Source: Chlorokybus atmophyticus (lineage: Eukaryota > Plantae > Mesostigma and Chlorokybus algae). Taken from it: 64,000 nucleotides of DNA. The position numbers and the translations under genes were made by a program. The stretch lies in contig RHPI01000671.1 in NCBI GenBank assembly GCA_009103225.1, positions 127,531 through 191,530 on the forward strand. Reading direction: 5' to 3'. Below, piece by piece: positions 10,959 through 22,406 of the stretch (within the stretch, counting starts at the first letter, position 1; the number at the start of each line of letters is the position of its first letter). The notes under the pieces are model-generated. The model saw nothing but the letters and a program-made list of their open reading frames with translations, did no database searches and was not told the DNA's origin.

Positions 10959-13438
10959 ATGGTACAGCGCTGGCCTTTGCTCAGTCAGCTCAGGCAGGTT
11001 GCTCGCGTGGCTGCTGGTTTTGAGTCCAGCACAAGCTACGCTGTGGCCGACAATTATGCTGCGCAGCGACGCACTCACCTGAGCACAGCATGCCGACATG
11101 CAACAACCTTGGCCAAGTAAGTGTCAATACATTTAAGAACAGAGATGATTCTGTATACATGCACACTGTACTGTACAGTTAGTGAATTCGTGTAGAGTTT
11201 TTTTAAAGCCTAGCAAGCATATTGATAGTTTTGCAATTTGCCAGCCATGTTGGAGTGTTTCAGCAGTTTTCCTGCAAAAGTTGACACCACTTCTTTTCAG
11301 TGCGGCCATCAACGTGTTGCACATGAAACCGTACATGTTGACCCATGAGGAAGAGGAGCAGCTGAGGTCGGATTCCGAAGACCTACAACGTGCCATACGC
11401 AAACGGGTGAAAAACAGGGTTTTGTACTGGGCGAGGCGCGTTGAGATCCCCAAAGAGGATCTGCAAGTTTTATGTGCAGCTGGGCTGCTTCCAGAAAGCA
11501 TTATGGCGGTGGAGAACTTCTCGGAGGAGACGCTTTGGAGTGCTTACACAAGGGAGAAGTTAGTCTCTCGCCTACTGCCATTGCCAGATCGTGTGCCCCG
11601 GCAGTATGTAGTTGAAGAAGAGGGTAGTACGTACTCGCCTGACCATCCATCAACGTCAGATGTTTATGCTGAGATTAGAAGAACTGCCCCCACCACGCGC
11701 AAGCCAAAGACGCCTGTGGATTTCAGGCTTTTGAAGATGTCCAGAGAGGAAGAGAGTGTACTACTCTCTGATACAGTTCCTGAAGAAGAGAAGCGCCGAT
11801 TACGGTCAAAGATTTACAAGCGCAACTGGTACTTCGCAAACAAGGATGAGGTGTCGAAGCGAAAGCAGGCACGGATAGCTGAGCGCAGCGCTCTGAATGT
11901 CTTGCTGCAGAGTGTTGAACGGGAGTCTTTGAGAGCCGCGGTACAGCGTGAAGTTGCGAAAGCATCACCTGAATCTGCCTTCCTGCGCATGGCCTCAAAA
12001 GACTGGGCTCAACGCTTGCACGAACTGGTCAGTGCACACAAGCCTTCCTCACCTGCGCAGTGCTTTTAATGCATTTATGCTTGTGCAGAACTGACGCACG
12101 TGGTTGTTTCTGCATATATTGTCTGCAGAGTGAAAAAACTGAAGATGATTTCAGCCCCAAGAAAGCCGTAGGGCGACCAAGGCTGTACTTTCGCACACCC
12201 AAGGAGGTGCGCGAGCGAGTGCGCGGGTGTATGTGTTCTCGTTAAAAGCACATGCAGTTGTTAGCATTGAGATCAACGGATGCATGGTGGTTTGCTGTGT
12301 ATCAGGAAGTAGCAGGGAGTTTGCCAAAAAGGCCGCGAGGGAGGCCGCCCAAGGTGAAGCAAGCAGTTGTGTGGGTTTTCCCGGAGAGGCCTAGGACTGC
12401 TAAACCTGTTGTACCTGTTGAAGAGAAGCAAGAACAAGAAACAACGGAACATCCACCTGCACCCCCTCAGCACCTTGTGAGTGCTCAGCTGCTGGAATGC
12501 TTGCATTCATGTCGTGAATGGCTTGCTGCGAGTTATAATGCATTGGCTCACTTAGTCAGCATGATAGGACATATGAACATTTATGCACAACCGTTACCTG
12601 TGGCTTCAGGTGCCAGCGGAGTTGCCAAAGTCGCGACGCGCATATGCACATGCGTTTGACATTGGTGAAGTGGTGGGACTGTTGAAGAAGGCGCATGCGC
12701 AAGACGTGGTGGCGATCAACGTATCAGATCGCGTCGACTACACAGAGTGGATGGTCATCTGCACCGGTCGATCACCTATGCAGTTGAGCATGATGTCTGA
12801 GGCTCTTCTATACAAGGTGAGCCGGCTGCAACTCACAGTCCACAAGTCCAGAAGTCTGCTGTTGAACACCGTGATGGTGCTTGATTGCAAAGCCCACTCC
12901 CAGTTTTTTGTTGGCTAATCACTGGTTTGCTTGTTTTGGTCCCGCAGCTGAAGCAGCGCACACAACAAGTCATACCTGGCCTTGCCCCCGGCATCGAGGG
13001 TCGAGAGTCCAACGACTGGAAGATTGTGGATGCAGGTCCGTATTACAACCTGCGACAAATGCATGCATAGCAAGCATCGCAGCATATATGGTTCATCTGT
13101 TGCGTCTTCCTACCAGCGCTTGTTGGACACCTTTTGATGGTTGGTAATATTGCCTTACTGCAGGGAGTGTTGTGGTGCATTTCTTCTCGGAGGATGCGCG
13201 CAAGTACTACGACCTGGAGCAGCTGTGGACGGCGCCCCCGGGTACCGATAGCCACATGCTGGAGGCCATCCTGGAGCTGGATGACAATGAGGCGGAGTTG
13301 TACGCACACCTGTGGACCGACTATCCCAAGCCGGAAGAGCTCAGGGAGGCCAAGGCCAAGGGCACAGAAACTGTACGTGTGGACCGCTCGGTGCAGGAAG
13401 ACACCCGTTTTATGTCACTTGCTGCGAGCCATGCGTGA
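10959..13438 (+). CDS. Iojap/RsfS (MALSU1-like) ribosome silencing/assembly factor, probably mitochondrial, with a long N-terminal extension
   Basis: Exons 10959-11116, 11301-12027, 12129-12206, 12306-12476, 12610-12816, 12948-13035 and 13164-13438 are phase-consistent. C-terminal RsfS motifs: DVVAINVSDRVDYTEWMVICTGRS...IEGRESNDWKIVDAGSVVVHFFSEDARKYYDLEQLW. N-terminus MVQRWPLLSQLRQVARV resembles a mitochondrial presequence. Confidence 0.8.
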
Positions 13439-14193
13439 GCTCTGTTTGTGGTGTTATCAATATTGAATGGGCTTGCTTTCAGTTGCGCTGTTCAACTAGT
13501 GGTGGCAGCTGCAATTTTCTCACGCTGCTTCGGTGATATTTGTACCAAACTGTATTGTAGGTATGTAAAACATTGCATCAACTGTGCGTATCACCATGGG
13601 CGCACACAAGCAAACATGTGTACGCATCACAACTCAAGCAACAGTTCACACAAACGGGCTTGCTCTGTTTGTATGTTGATCAAAGTCAGTGCTTGAGCAG
13701 CAGTGCATGACAGCTGCTCTGGTGACTCGGCTACTACTGTGTTTGTTTGCAACATATACTTCAATCAATCTACAACAGTTACCAATGTCGGTCCAGCTGT
13801 TTGGCATGCTGGCGGAGTTTGCCTCATGCAACTCCCGTGCATTGGTTTGACTTCGAACAAGAGGACATTAGTACATTAGTATTTTGTTGTCACTATGCAT
13901 GAGCAAAACCCTGACGAATTGTTTGTGCAGTGAGACAACTGTGCGCCATGAGATCCTTTGAGAGTGCATACAGCTTCCAGGCAGTGCATAGTAAGTTCTA
14001 TCCTTGTCGCAAAGCATGGTTGTGATTCAGGCCTACAGGTGAGACGAGTGCAACGAGGCTACAAAGGTGCCAACAGTGATTGGTTGCAGCATTTGTGTCA
14101 TCCTTGACATTGAAGATGTAACCACATTGTCGTTGCAACCTAGAGGAGCTTGGTACGATGGATACATCACTGTAAAGGAAAAAAGGGGGAAGG

Positions 14194-14429
14194 GAGTGAC
14201 AGGTCCACAAGATCGTGAAGAGCACACACCTCAGCAGGGAGCTCAGTGAGGCCTGTTGAAACAAGAAGTTGCCGGCATGCCTCGATGATAAAGCTTAACC
14301 TTACCCACTCTAGACACAATGCATGACCGACTGATATGTGAGCGCTGAAACGTTAGGGCGCTCATTAAAACAGATTGTACGTTTCATGCTCGCCGTCAAG
14401 TCTCACACCCTGATGTGATGACACATGGA
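14194..14429 (+). repeat. Exact 236-bp copy of 9017-9252, ending at a single N
   Basis: Reads identically to 9017-9252 (gagtgacaggtcc...gacacatgga); followed directly by n at 14430. Confidence 0.95.
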
Positions 14430-14586
14430 NATTCGCCCTACTGGTGACGATATGAGCTAATATGCTTGCCATGCCTGAGATACGCGTTGCAGATGGAAGG
14501 TTACTTACTTACGCATCGAATGCGACTGCACTATTACACAAAACCAACAAATGAATGAATGATTACCACAACACTGGTAGTGACTC

Positions 14587-15922
14587 CTACACACGGTTGA
14601 CACCCTTCTTGTCCCATTCTCCCTTCTTGCTGAACCTGCGCATAGTAGACCCACCCTCAGTTCTGTATGCAGCAACTGAACTGGCAGCACTGTGACAACG
14701 ACACATGAACGACAGGTGTGCGGTACTTACTTTCCGTATTTGGCATACATCTTTTGCCGCAGCGAGTCGCTCTTTGTCTCACTGGAGCTTTCGCGGTCTG
14801 CCTTCAGCGCAGACAGCTGCACACAACACATACACAGTTAGGAAAGCACAATGGAGGATGCCTAGCGCCAGTAACACCAACAACAGCAGCAGCAGCAGCA
14901 ACACCACCAACAACACAGTCTCTCCCACTGAATCGCGTCTGCAACTCAGCGCCAACAACAACTTCACCAGCAACAGTACCAGTACCTCCACCACCAACGA
15001 TGACAACAACAACAACATCATCATCATCACCGCTTCCTCACCTGGATGGGGTCGTGGCGCTCGCGATCCATGGCATCGATCTCGTCGTCGCTGAGGTCCT
15101 TGTAGAGCACCCTGACGACGGCGGCGTGCACGGCGGTGACGATCTGAAGGACCGCCACGATCGTCAGGCACCACTCGATGCCGCGCAGCACGGGCTCCTG
15201 CAAGCGGTGGTGATGGTGTTAGTGACAGTGAGGTGGGGGTGTAGTAAGAGTTTGGCATGAAGTGGTGAGTGTTGGTGAGGCAGAGTGTCTCTGTCTTACC
15301 CTGGTGTTGGTCTTCGGGTAGTGCTTTTCGACGGAGGCGAACTGCCAAGAAAGGAAGCGAGCCAAGATGTGAGAACTTTTGTTGCTAACATATGTAGTGG
15401 CACAAGGAGTAACAAGCATGGGACGATGATGTTTGTGCCTAGCCAAGTACTAATGTTTGAGCACATGTGCGTGCGTGTTTGACTGACTGACTCACTCACT
15501 GATTCGTGTGAGTGCCTGTTTGAGTGCTTGCGCGCACGTGCACGTGTGCGTGTGCGTGTGTGCGTGCAAATGCTTCCGCTCGTGTCGATGAGTGTAGGTG
15601 CTGCTTCGTGACCGTGCGTTTGTGCGTGGTCCCTCACATTGACGTAGAAGGCGATCAGGAGGGACGCGTTCGCGATGAACGACACGGTCGTCGTGCACAG
15701 GAAGATGGTCGACATCACTCCTCTGAACCGGAACGCCGTGAGCCATGCCAATACGGCATTGCCCGCGCTGACGCCTCCCAGCACCCAGAACAGCCCCGAC
15801 AGCGACGAGCCTCCCTTCAGGTGAAGGCCCAACGCCAAGAAAACCACCAGAAGAGCCGCCAGGATCTGGATGATGGAGGCGGCGCGGATGAGCCAACCCC
15901 TGAACCTCAAAGCCGAGCCCAT
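14587..15922 (-). CDS. Four-transmembrane tetraspanin-like (TOM2A-like) protein
   Basis: MGSALRFRGWLIRAASIIQILAALLVVFLALG...FYVN|FASVEKHYPKTNTR|EPVLRGIEWCLTIVAVLQIVTAVHAAVV...HDPIQ|LSALKADRE...SLRQKMYAKYGK|FSKKGEWDKKGVNRV*. Four hydrophobic helices; the tail resembles the RMREKYG motif of plant TOM2A-type tetraspanins (family call tentative). Confidence 0.6.
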
Positions 15923-16180
15923 CTCTGACTACCTTCTCACTCCTGTGCTTCCTCCTTACCACCAGTTGCTCCGCCTCTACTTTCTACGGAGGCGGCGGCG
16001 GCGGTGGTGGTCAGCTTGTCTGGGACACGTGGCGAACGCTGGCGCTAGCCAAAGGCAAATATGGAGAGAAGCAGTCACGTCTCACGTGACCCACGTGAGA
16101 CAGGCACAGGTCCACGTACGCCGCGGCACAGCTCGTATTAGCAGCGGAGTACAGGAGACTGTTCTTCTGGTGCAGTGGTT

Positions 16181-16189
16181 TTAGGGTTT
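16181..16189 (+). promoter_or_regulatory. Telo-box (TTAGGGTTT) in the shared divergent promoter/5' UTR
   Basis: Single telomere-like motif about 45 nt upstream of the FNBP4-like ATG; the same motif recurs upstream of other ATGs (38851, 43617, 43790, 43808). Confidence 0.5.
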
Positions 16190-16233
16190 GCTGGCAGCCA
16201 AGAGTCACCGTTGCGGGCGGCATACCGGGTGGC

Positions 16234-19200
16234 ATGGGGCGGCGGCGGGAGCGGCAGGCGGCGGCGGCGGCCGCTGCTGGTGGTGCGTTGGGGGCCGGCG
16301 GGAGGCGCAGGACGAAGCTGGACCTGTGGGAAGAGCCTCCGCTGCCTCCGCCGCCTCCATCTGGAACCGAGTCGCCCGCCGCCGGTACGTTGGGTCTCTC
16401 AATTGGGCATGGTGCCTTGATGAAGCTTACTTCGCGATTGCCAGTTGCTGTACTTATATCAGCTTTGCGTTAATCTATTTTGTCCAGTTCTGCACGTTAC
16501 ATAACGTACACGTGACGAGCAAGGATATCTGCATAGAGTCATCAACATGTCTGTTGGACGGCAACACCACAGTAGAAGAGAGCACTTGCAGTGCTCGCTT
16601 CTACTGTGGTATTGCCGTCCAGTCCTACTCTTCAGCATCGTGCCTAATATCAGTCGGTGACGAGTCGATCGATCAGGATGGAGGTATTTACACTAAAGTC
16701 AAGCAACACGTTTTGAGTGGATGATAAGATAAGTAGCTTATCTTTCATGACAGCACGATTGCGTCTGGGCTTTGTGTTTTCTTGATTGAGTAATTTGCCA
16801 TCGACCATGCAAAGCACCGTTCTCTTTGTTGCGGAGCTTGATTTGTTTGTTGGGCTGCGAGTCCGGTCAGCTGTTACCTTTCCATTGTTGCTTGTCACTA
16901 CCTGAATGTATGCTTGTGAAACGTCCAGGTAATGAGGACGCCGACACGCGGGCGCTTGCAGATGGTTCGACAGAGGATGGGGCGGAGCAGCTGCAGCCGT
17001 CTTTAGCCGCAGGTACATGCGCTCATTTACTACAGCTCCAGAGCATGAGTACCACTGCCGGCAGCTTTGTCTCCCGGAAAACAACACAACATTGTGTGCA
17101 ACCGACAATCATCGTCTTGGGACTTGCGTGCAACCAGAGTAGGCCACTGGGCCAGGCCGCTGTTGGTGGTCTGCCGTTCGTCACTACGGTAACGTATTGC
17201 ATGGCACCTTTTCTCACTTCTAAAACCTCTGTGCACCAGTAATCTTAGTCTTGTCCTTTATCACAACAATGTGGCATTGTGTCATGCTCTCAGTTGATTG
17301 GTGTGCTTCCAAGGCACGTATCACCAGTGCCTTCTTGCTTACAAGTTTTCTGACAGCAAACTTTGCATGCATTGGTTGGCAGGTGCAAATCCTTTGTCCA
17401 GTCTCTTAGGGCAATATAGCGACGATGAAGACGAGCAGGACGCTGCACCATCTAATGAAGCAGCCAATAAGGCCATGTCAAAAGATGCAAAGCCCGACAG
17501 TGTGCCGTCTAATGAAGCACCCAAGAAGGTCCTACAAACAAGTGCAAACCCCGACAAAAAAGCACCTGTGCGCGCGGTTGATGCCGAGGTAGGTCGGCCA
17601 GTTTGTTCACGTTGTGTTACAGAGGCGTTGTGACAGTGACATTGACAGCTGGCGTGCTTCAGGTGGAGCAATTCCTCAGCTCACTTCACTCCAGCGGCCT
17701 TTTAGAGCCTGAAACAGAACAGCCTGCTACTACTGCTACTCCCCCCAGCACATCGAGCAGGCCTTCCTCTCAGGATGCGGGCGAGCTCGCTGATGGGTGG
17801 CAACCAATCTTCGACCAAGCCACAGAACAGTTCTACTATTGGAACATTCGCACCCGAGAGATCACATGGGAGCGGCCCGTGAAAGGTGCCATGAGCGCAG
17901 GCGTGACGACGCCACCAGAGTCGGCCGAGACAGCTGAAGCCCGTATACCAGCTGAACAGCCCGCGGGTGCGGACACTGCAGTGCGATCTGAACCAGTCAA
18001 TGCCGCAGACATTGTCAGTGCTTCGGGTTATTCCGACACATGCACTCTTTCAAGTGTGACGCCTCTGCCTCCTGGCTGGGAAGCTGTGCTGGACGAGGCA
18101 AGCAACGAGTACTATTACTGGCACAAAGACATGGGAGAGACCACATGGGTGCGGCCAACAGGGGATCAGCAACCTGCGCAGTCATTTGAAGCAACAACCG
18201 CTGCCAATGCAGCTGTTGCTGCCGAAGTCCCAGGCAGCCCTGATGCCTCCTTGGCAGTGACAGACGGTGAGCACTCCTGTAGTATTTGGCTTCATGCACT
18301 GCGCAGATTGTAGCAGATGGCCTGATCAGGCTTGCTCCCATGTTGTGTGACCTGGACTTGTCATTTCATGACGTTGCATTAAATGTGGTAGGTTCTCAGC
18401 TGCAGTTGGCATCCCCTTATACCCTTGTAGGTGTGCAGCATGCTCCAGGCCAGCAACTGCCCGACACCTTCAAGGAGGGTGCAGCCGTGCCTGACCTTCT
18501 TGATGCCCCAGGGCAAGCTGATATGCGCTTGGAAGAGCCTGTGGAGAAGGAGCCACTTGCTGACGCTCACAGGCCTAGCACAAGTGGGCGAGGGAGCGCG
18601 GACCTCACTGCTGCACGTGAGGCAGTACGAAGATTGAAGGAAGCCGCTGGGTCAGTCAAGCTGTGCCTGGGTCGTTTTCATCTCTTGAGCTGTGTGGTTG
18701 ACATGGTGGAGTGTGCGCAGACCTTCCTTGGGCGATGTCGCTGTGCAAGCTCGCATAGCGATTGCGGCTGAGGCACGACTCCGGGATTGGGAGTCTTGCA
18801 CGCAAGCATCGGCGTTGCAGGAAGTTTTTATACACTGGCAGAGGGCCATTGACGATGCTGCTGTTCACACGCAAGCAGAAGGTCCTCGGCTACAAGATGC
18901 AGCAGAGCCACCAGCTGAGCCTTCGACGACAGCTGCTCAGTCAGAGCTTGTTGCAGCCCACAGTGACGACAAAGAAGCTGAACCTGCTGCAGCACCAGCC
19001 ACTGTTGATGTGCCAGCTTCTGATGTGAGATGCGAGGTACTGGAGGTACGCATGTCGATTGGTGAGACGTTTCAAGGTCAACATGTTGACATGTGGTTGG
19101 GGCTGATGGCTGTTGCGCGGTGCAGGTTGACATGGAAGGCGACATGGAGGCTGACATGGATCTCAGCGAGGATGAAGCAGCGCTCAAGCCACCTGAGCAG

Positions 19201-20279
19201 CCGCCTCCTCCAGGCGAAGCTCCACTGCCGCCGCTTGATGTTCTTGCATACGCAGCTTATCCCCAGGTCACTGAAATGGCGTATGTGCAGCCCCACACCT
19301 ACGCCCCTATGGCAGAGTCCAGCATGGCGGCGTGGATCACACCGGCTGCTCCAGTAGCACATGGTACGACACGATGCACATGAGTCGATGCTGAAGTTGA
19401 AAGTGTGCCAGAGCATATATGGCCATTCTCTGACAGTTCTGATTGCAGTAGAGCCAGCTGTGGCGGTCGTCCCTGTCCATCTCGTTACTTACGGCGCACC
19501 ATACACAACATACACAACCTCAGCTCCACCAGCCTCCAGTTCTTCTCTGCAACCAGCGAACCAGCCGTTTGAGGGCGCCCCAGACTGGGAGAAGTCCATG
19601 TTCCCAGACCTTGTGGACTCTGCAGAACAACAGCCTGGTCAAGAGGCCCCCGTGGCAGGGCTCATGGAGACCGCCAATCAGAAGAAGAGCATGCAGAAGA
19701 AGCGAGCCGCTGCATCCATTCTCTCTGGAAAGAGCAAGAAGGTGTCCTCTCTGCTGGACAAGTGGAAGGCTGTGCGCAAAGAGATTGACCCTCAGGTACA
19801 CGCATGGTGTTGCAGTGGTGCATGTTGTGCGTCTGGTTGTTTCCTGGCAAACCATCAAATTTGACCAACAGCCAACTGGTGTGCAGGATGAGGAAGATGA
19901 GATTTTGGATGAGAAGGCTCTGGAGCGGAAACGAATGAAGGAGATTGAGGAATGGCGCGCCGAACAGCTGCGCACTGGCGAGGCGGCCAACAACCCCAAC
20001 TTTATGCCCGTCGACACCTCCAACTGGAGGGAAAGAGTCAAGCGGTTGAAACAGAATAAGACAGTACCAGATCAGAAGCCTGCAAATGGTACGGCTGCAG
20101 TTACAAAGGCTGCCGTGACCTCCAATGCTGATAAGAGCACAGGCAAAGTCAAGCCGGACCTCAAAGCCCTCTCCAAGGGACTGCCGCCAGGCTGGCAAGC
20201 TCTGCATGATGCTGCGTCGGGTGACGTGTACTATGGCAACCTCAAAACCAAGCAGACGAGCTGGGAGCGACCAACATGA
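16234..20279 (+). CDS. FNBP4-like WW-domain protein (plant type), three WW domains
   Basis: N-terminus MGRRRERQ...RRTKLDLWEEP and NPLSSLLGQYSDDEDE; WW domains GWQPIFDQATEQFYYWNIRTREITWERP, GWEAVLDEASNEYYYWHKDMGETTWVRP and GWQALHDAASGDVYYGNLKTKQTSWERP; conserved KVSSLLDKWKAVRKE and IEEWRAEQLRTGEAANNPNF. Confidence 0.85.
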
Positions 20280-22406
20280 TGTCGACGTTGCCGCATCGCC
20301 GCGTTGGACCCTGGCAGAACCAGGTCGTGCAGGCTTGGGTGCAAGAGTGTTGGGCCGAGCAGCTGTAGCAGTAGTAAGTAGTGTCACTGTCGCAATTGGC
20401 CCAAATCATATGATACAGTCAGGCACAATTAGCACAGGGGTCTGTAGGGAGGTTGCATATAAAAACCCAAGTTTGTCTGATGTCGTGCCGCTAGCCGACA
20501 AGGTGTATGCTTGCGGTCGCGCATGCAGTTGGCGTGGTTCTCAGACAGAATGTCAGACACGGCATTGCCTTAGCATGCTTTGCGACGTACATACAATGAA
20601 TCTCGTAGGACTTTTGCTGTAGTTGTGAATCGATTGCATGTTGGCATTCTGTGGAGAGTTGGAGAGTTGGAGTATACCATAATTTGATTCTTAAGTTTGG
20701 TTCCATGTCACAAGTCAGTACTGTCAACTACACGAAACAGCCTGTACGTTTGTGCACAGTCAATGAGAGACGATGGATTGCACAAGCCACTCCATCAGAA
20801 AAGTATAAAACTTACGTAGATATAGATTCAGCAGCAAAAGAGTTGGTAGCGCGTGTCTAGCTTGCTAAAACAAGCAACACTACACAAACGCAGACACACT
20901 GTGCCCTGTGGGCAGGCAATCAAATACATATGCATGCATGCCTAATGGAGGGAGTTGGTAGTGAGATAGCGCAGTAGTGACAATGAAGTAGAGTGTACTT
21001 GCCCAGCAGTGGTGGTGTACAAAAATCTTTGAAACTATTCTAGATATGCAATGAGTGCCTTGCACACATTGATCATGTCCAACAGCAACATGCATGGCAG
21101 GTCACCACATACATACCTCAAGCCGACGACAGCAACCACCGGGCAACTACTCACTATACGGCCTAATCCACCCACTACCCCACCCTGTTAGGCATGCATG
21201 CATGCAATTGCAGACTGAAACATTTGCAGCACGGCTGTCAGTTAGCGGCCCACCATTGCAGCGAGGTCAACAGCAGCAGACCCACAACGGACTCCCCCTC
21301 CTCTGTCCCCCACATCCCCACCGCCACCTCCGCCGGCCTATTGCCGCGTCGCTGACTGTCGCTGTTAGGGTTTGTGTTAGTGCCCACATCATGCATGTAC
21401 GGCAGGCACGGCCACTCCCTGTGCGTCGCGGATCCATGTGTTGTAATGCGTATGGTGGTGGCATGCTTGCTTATGAACAGCATCGCATATATCATGTACA
21501 CGGCTACACAACACGAGCGAGGCAAGCCTCACCTCATCGCCAGCGCCGCTTCTGCCTCCATCTCCGTCGTCGGTGGGCCAACTAGCACTGGCGCCCAACC
21601 CGGCATGGATGTCTCAGCCGCATCCACGCACTGAATGATGGTCAATGCTTGTGTTCGATGCAGTGCGCACGCTACGCGCTAGTTGCAAAAAGCCCTTCAC
21701 TTTGCGCTGCTCGGCACTTTGCGCCGGCCCCATACGTCTCGCACACAGCCGCAGCATTTGCTAAAAATCCTCTCTAAACCTACTGGGTATACCTACATAG
21801 GAAAGTCTTAGGTATGGAGCAGGCTCGTGAAACTCAGCTTTCCTTGTTGCAAAGAACTCGTGCACATTTCAGTCATTGCAAACTCCGTTGTACTAGAGTC
21901 CAGCAGTTAAGTTTTGATCGTGCCAACACTTGCATACTAAAATTGAAAGATTTTCAGCCCATGTTGAACCCATATAGACAGCATAGGGTATAGAAATTCA
22001 TAATGAAACACTCTATGCCAAGCGCACAGATACAATAACACACCACCACCACCAAGCGTTGCCCGCTCTCTCATATATAGCATGCAGGCGCATGCCTTAG
22101 CCCGGTGGTCGAGTTGGAGGATGGTTGTCGTGATTGTGGCATTGCATGTTTGCAGACTTGCATGTGCGAGTTCGCCTTTGCATCTTCTGTACACTGTATC
22201 CCAAGAAGCAACCCGGAAGCCAGAACGGCGGCCAAGCCGCGACCCGGAACACCTCGCGACAAGAAGCCACAAAGTACAAAGCGACGAGACCCAACATAGC
22301 CAAAACGGCGCGTGAGTGTTTCTGTGAGACAGACAAATGTCGCTTCCCGCGTGCAAGTTGCAAGTAGCCTTCTCGAAGCCGCTTATGGGCTCAGTTACGG
22401 GCGGAG

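Noticed and set aside
20651-20860. Short + strand ORF ending YVDIDSAAKELVARV
   Set aside because: No clear start, splice context or recognisable family; lies downstream of the FNBP4-like stop.
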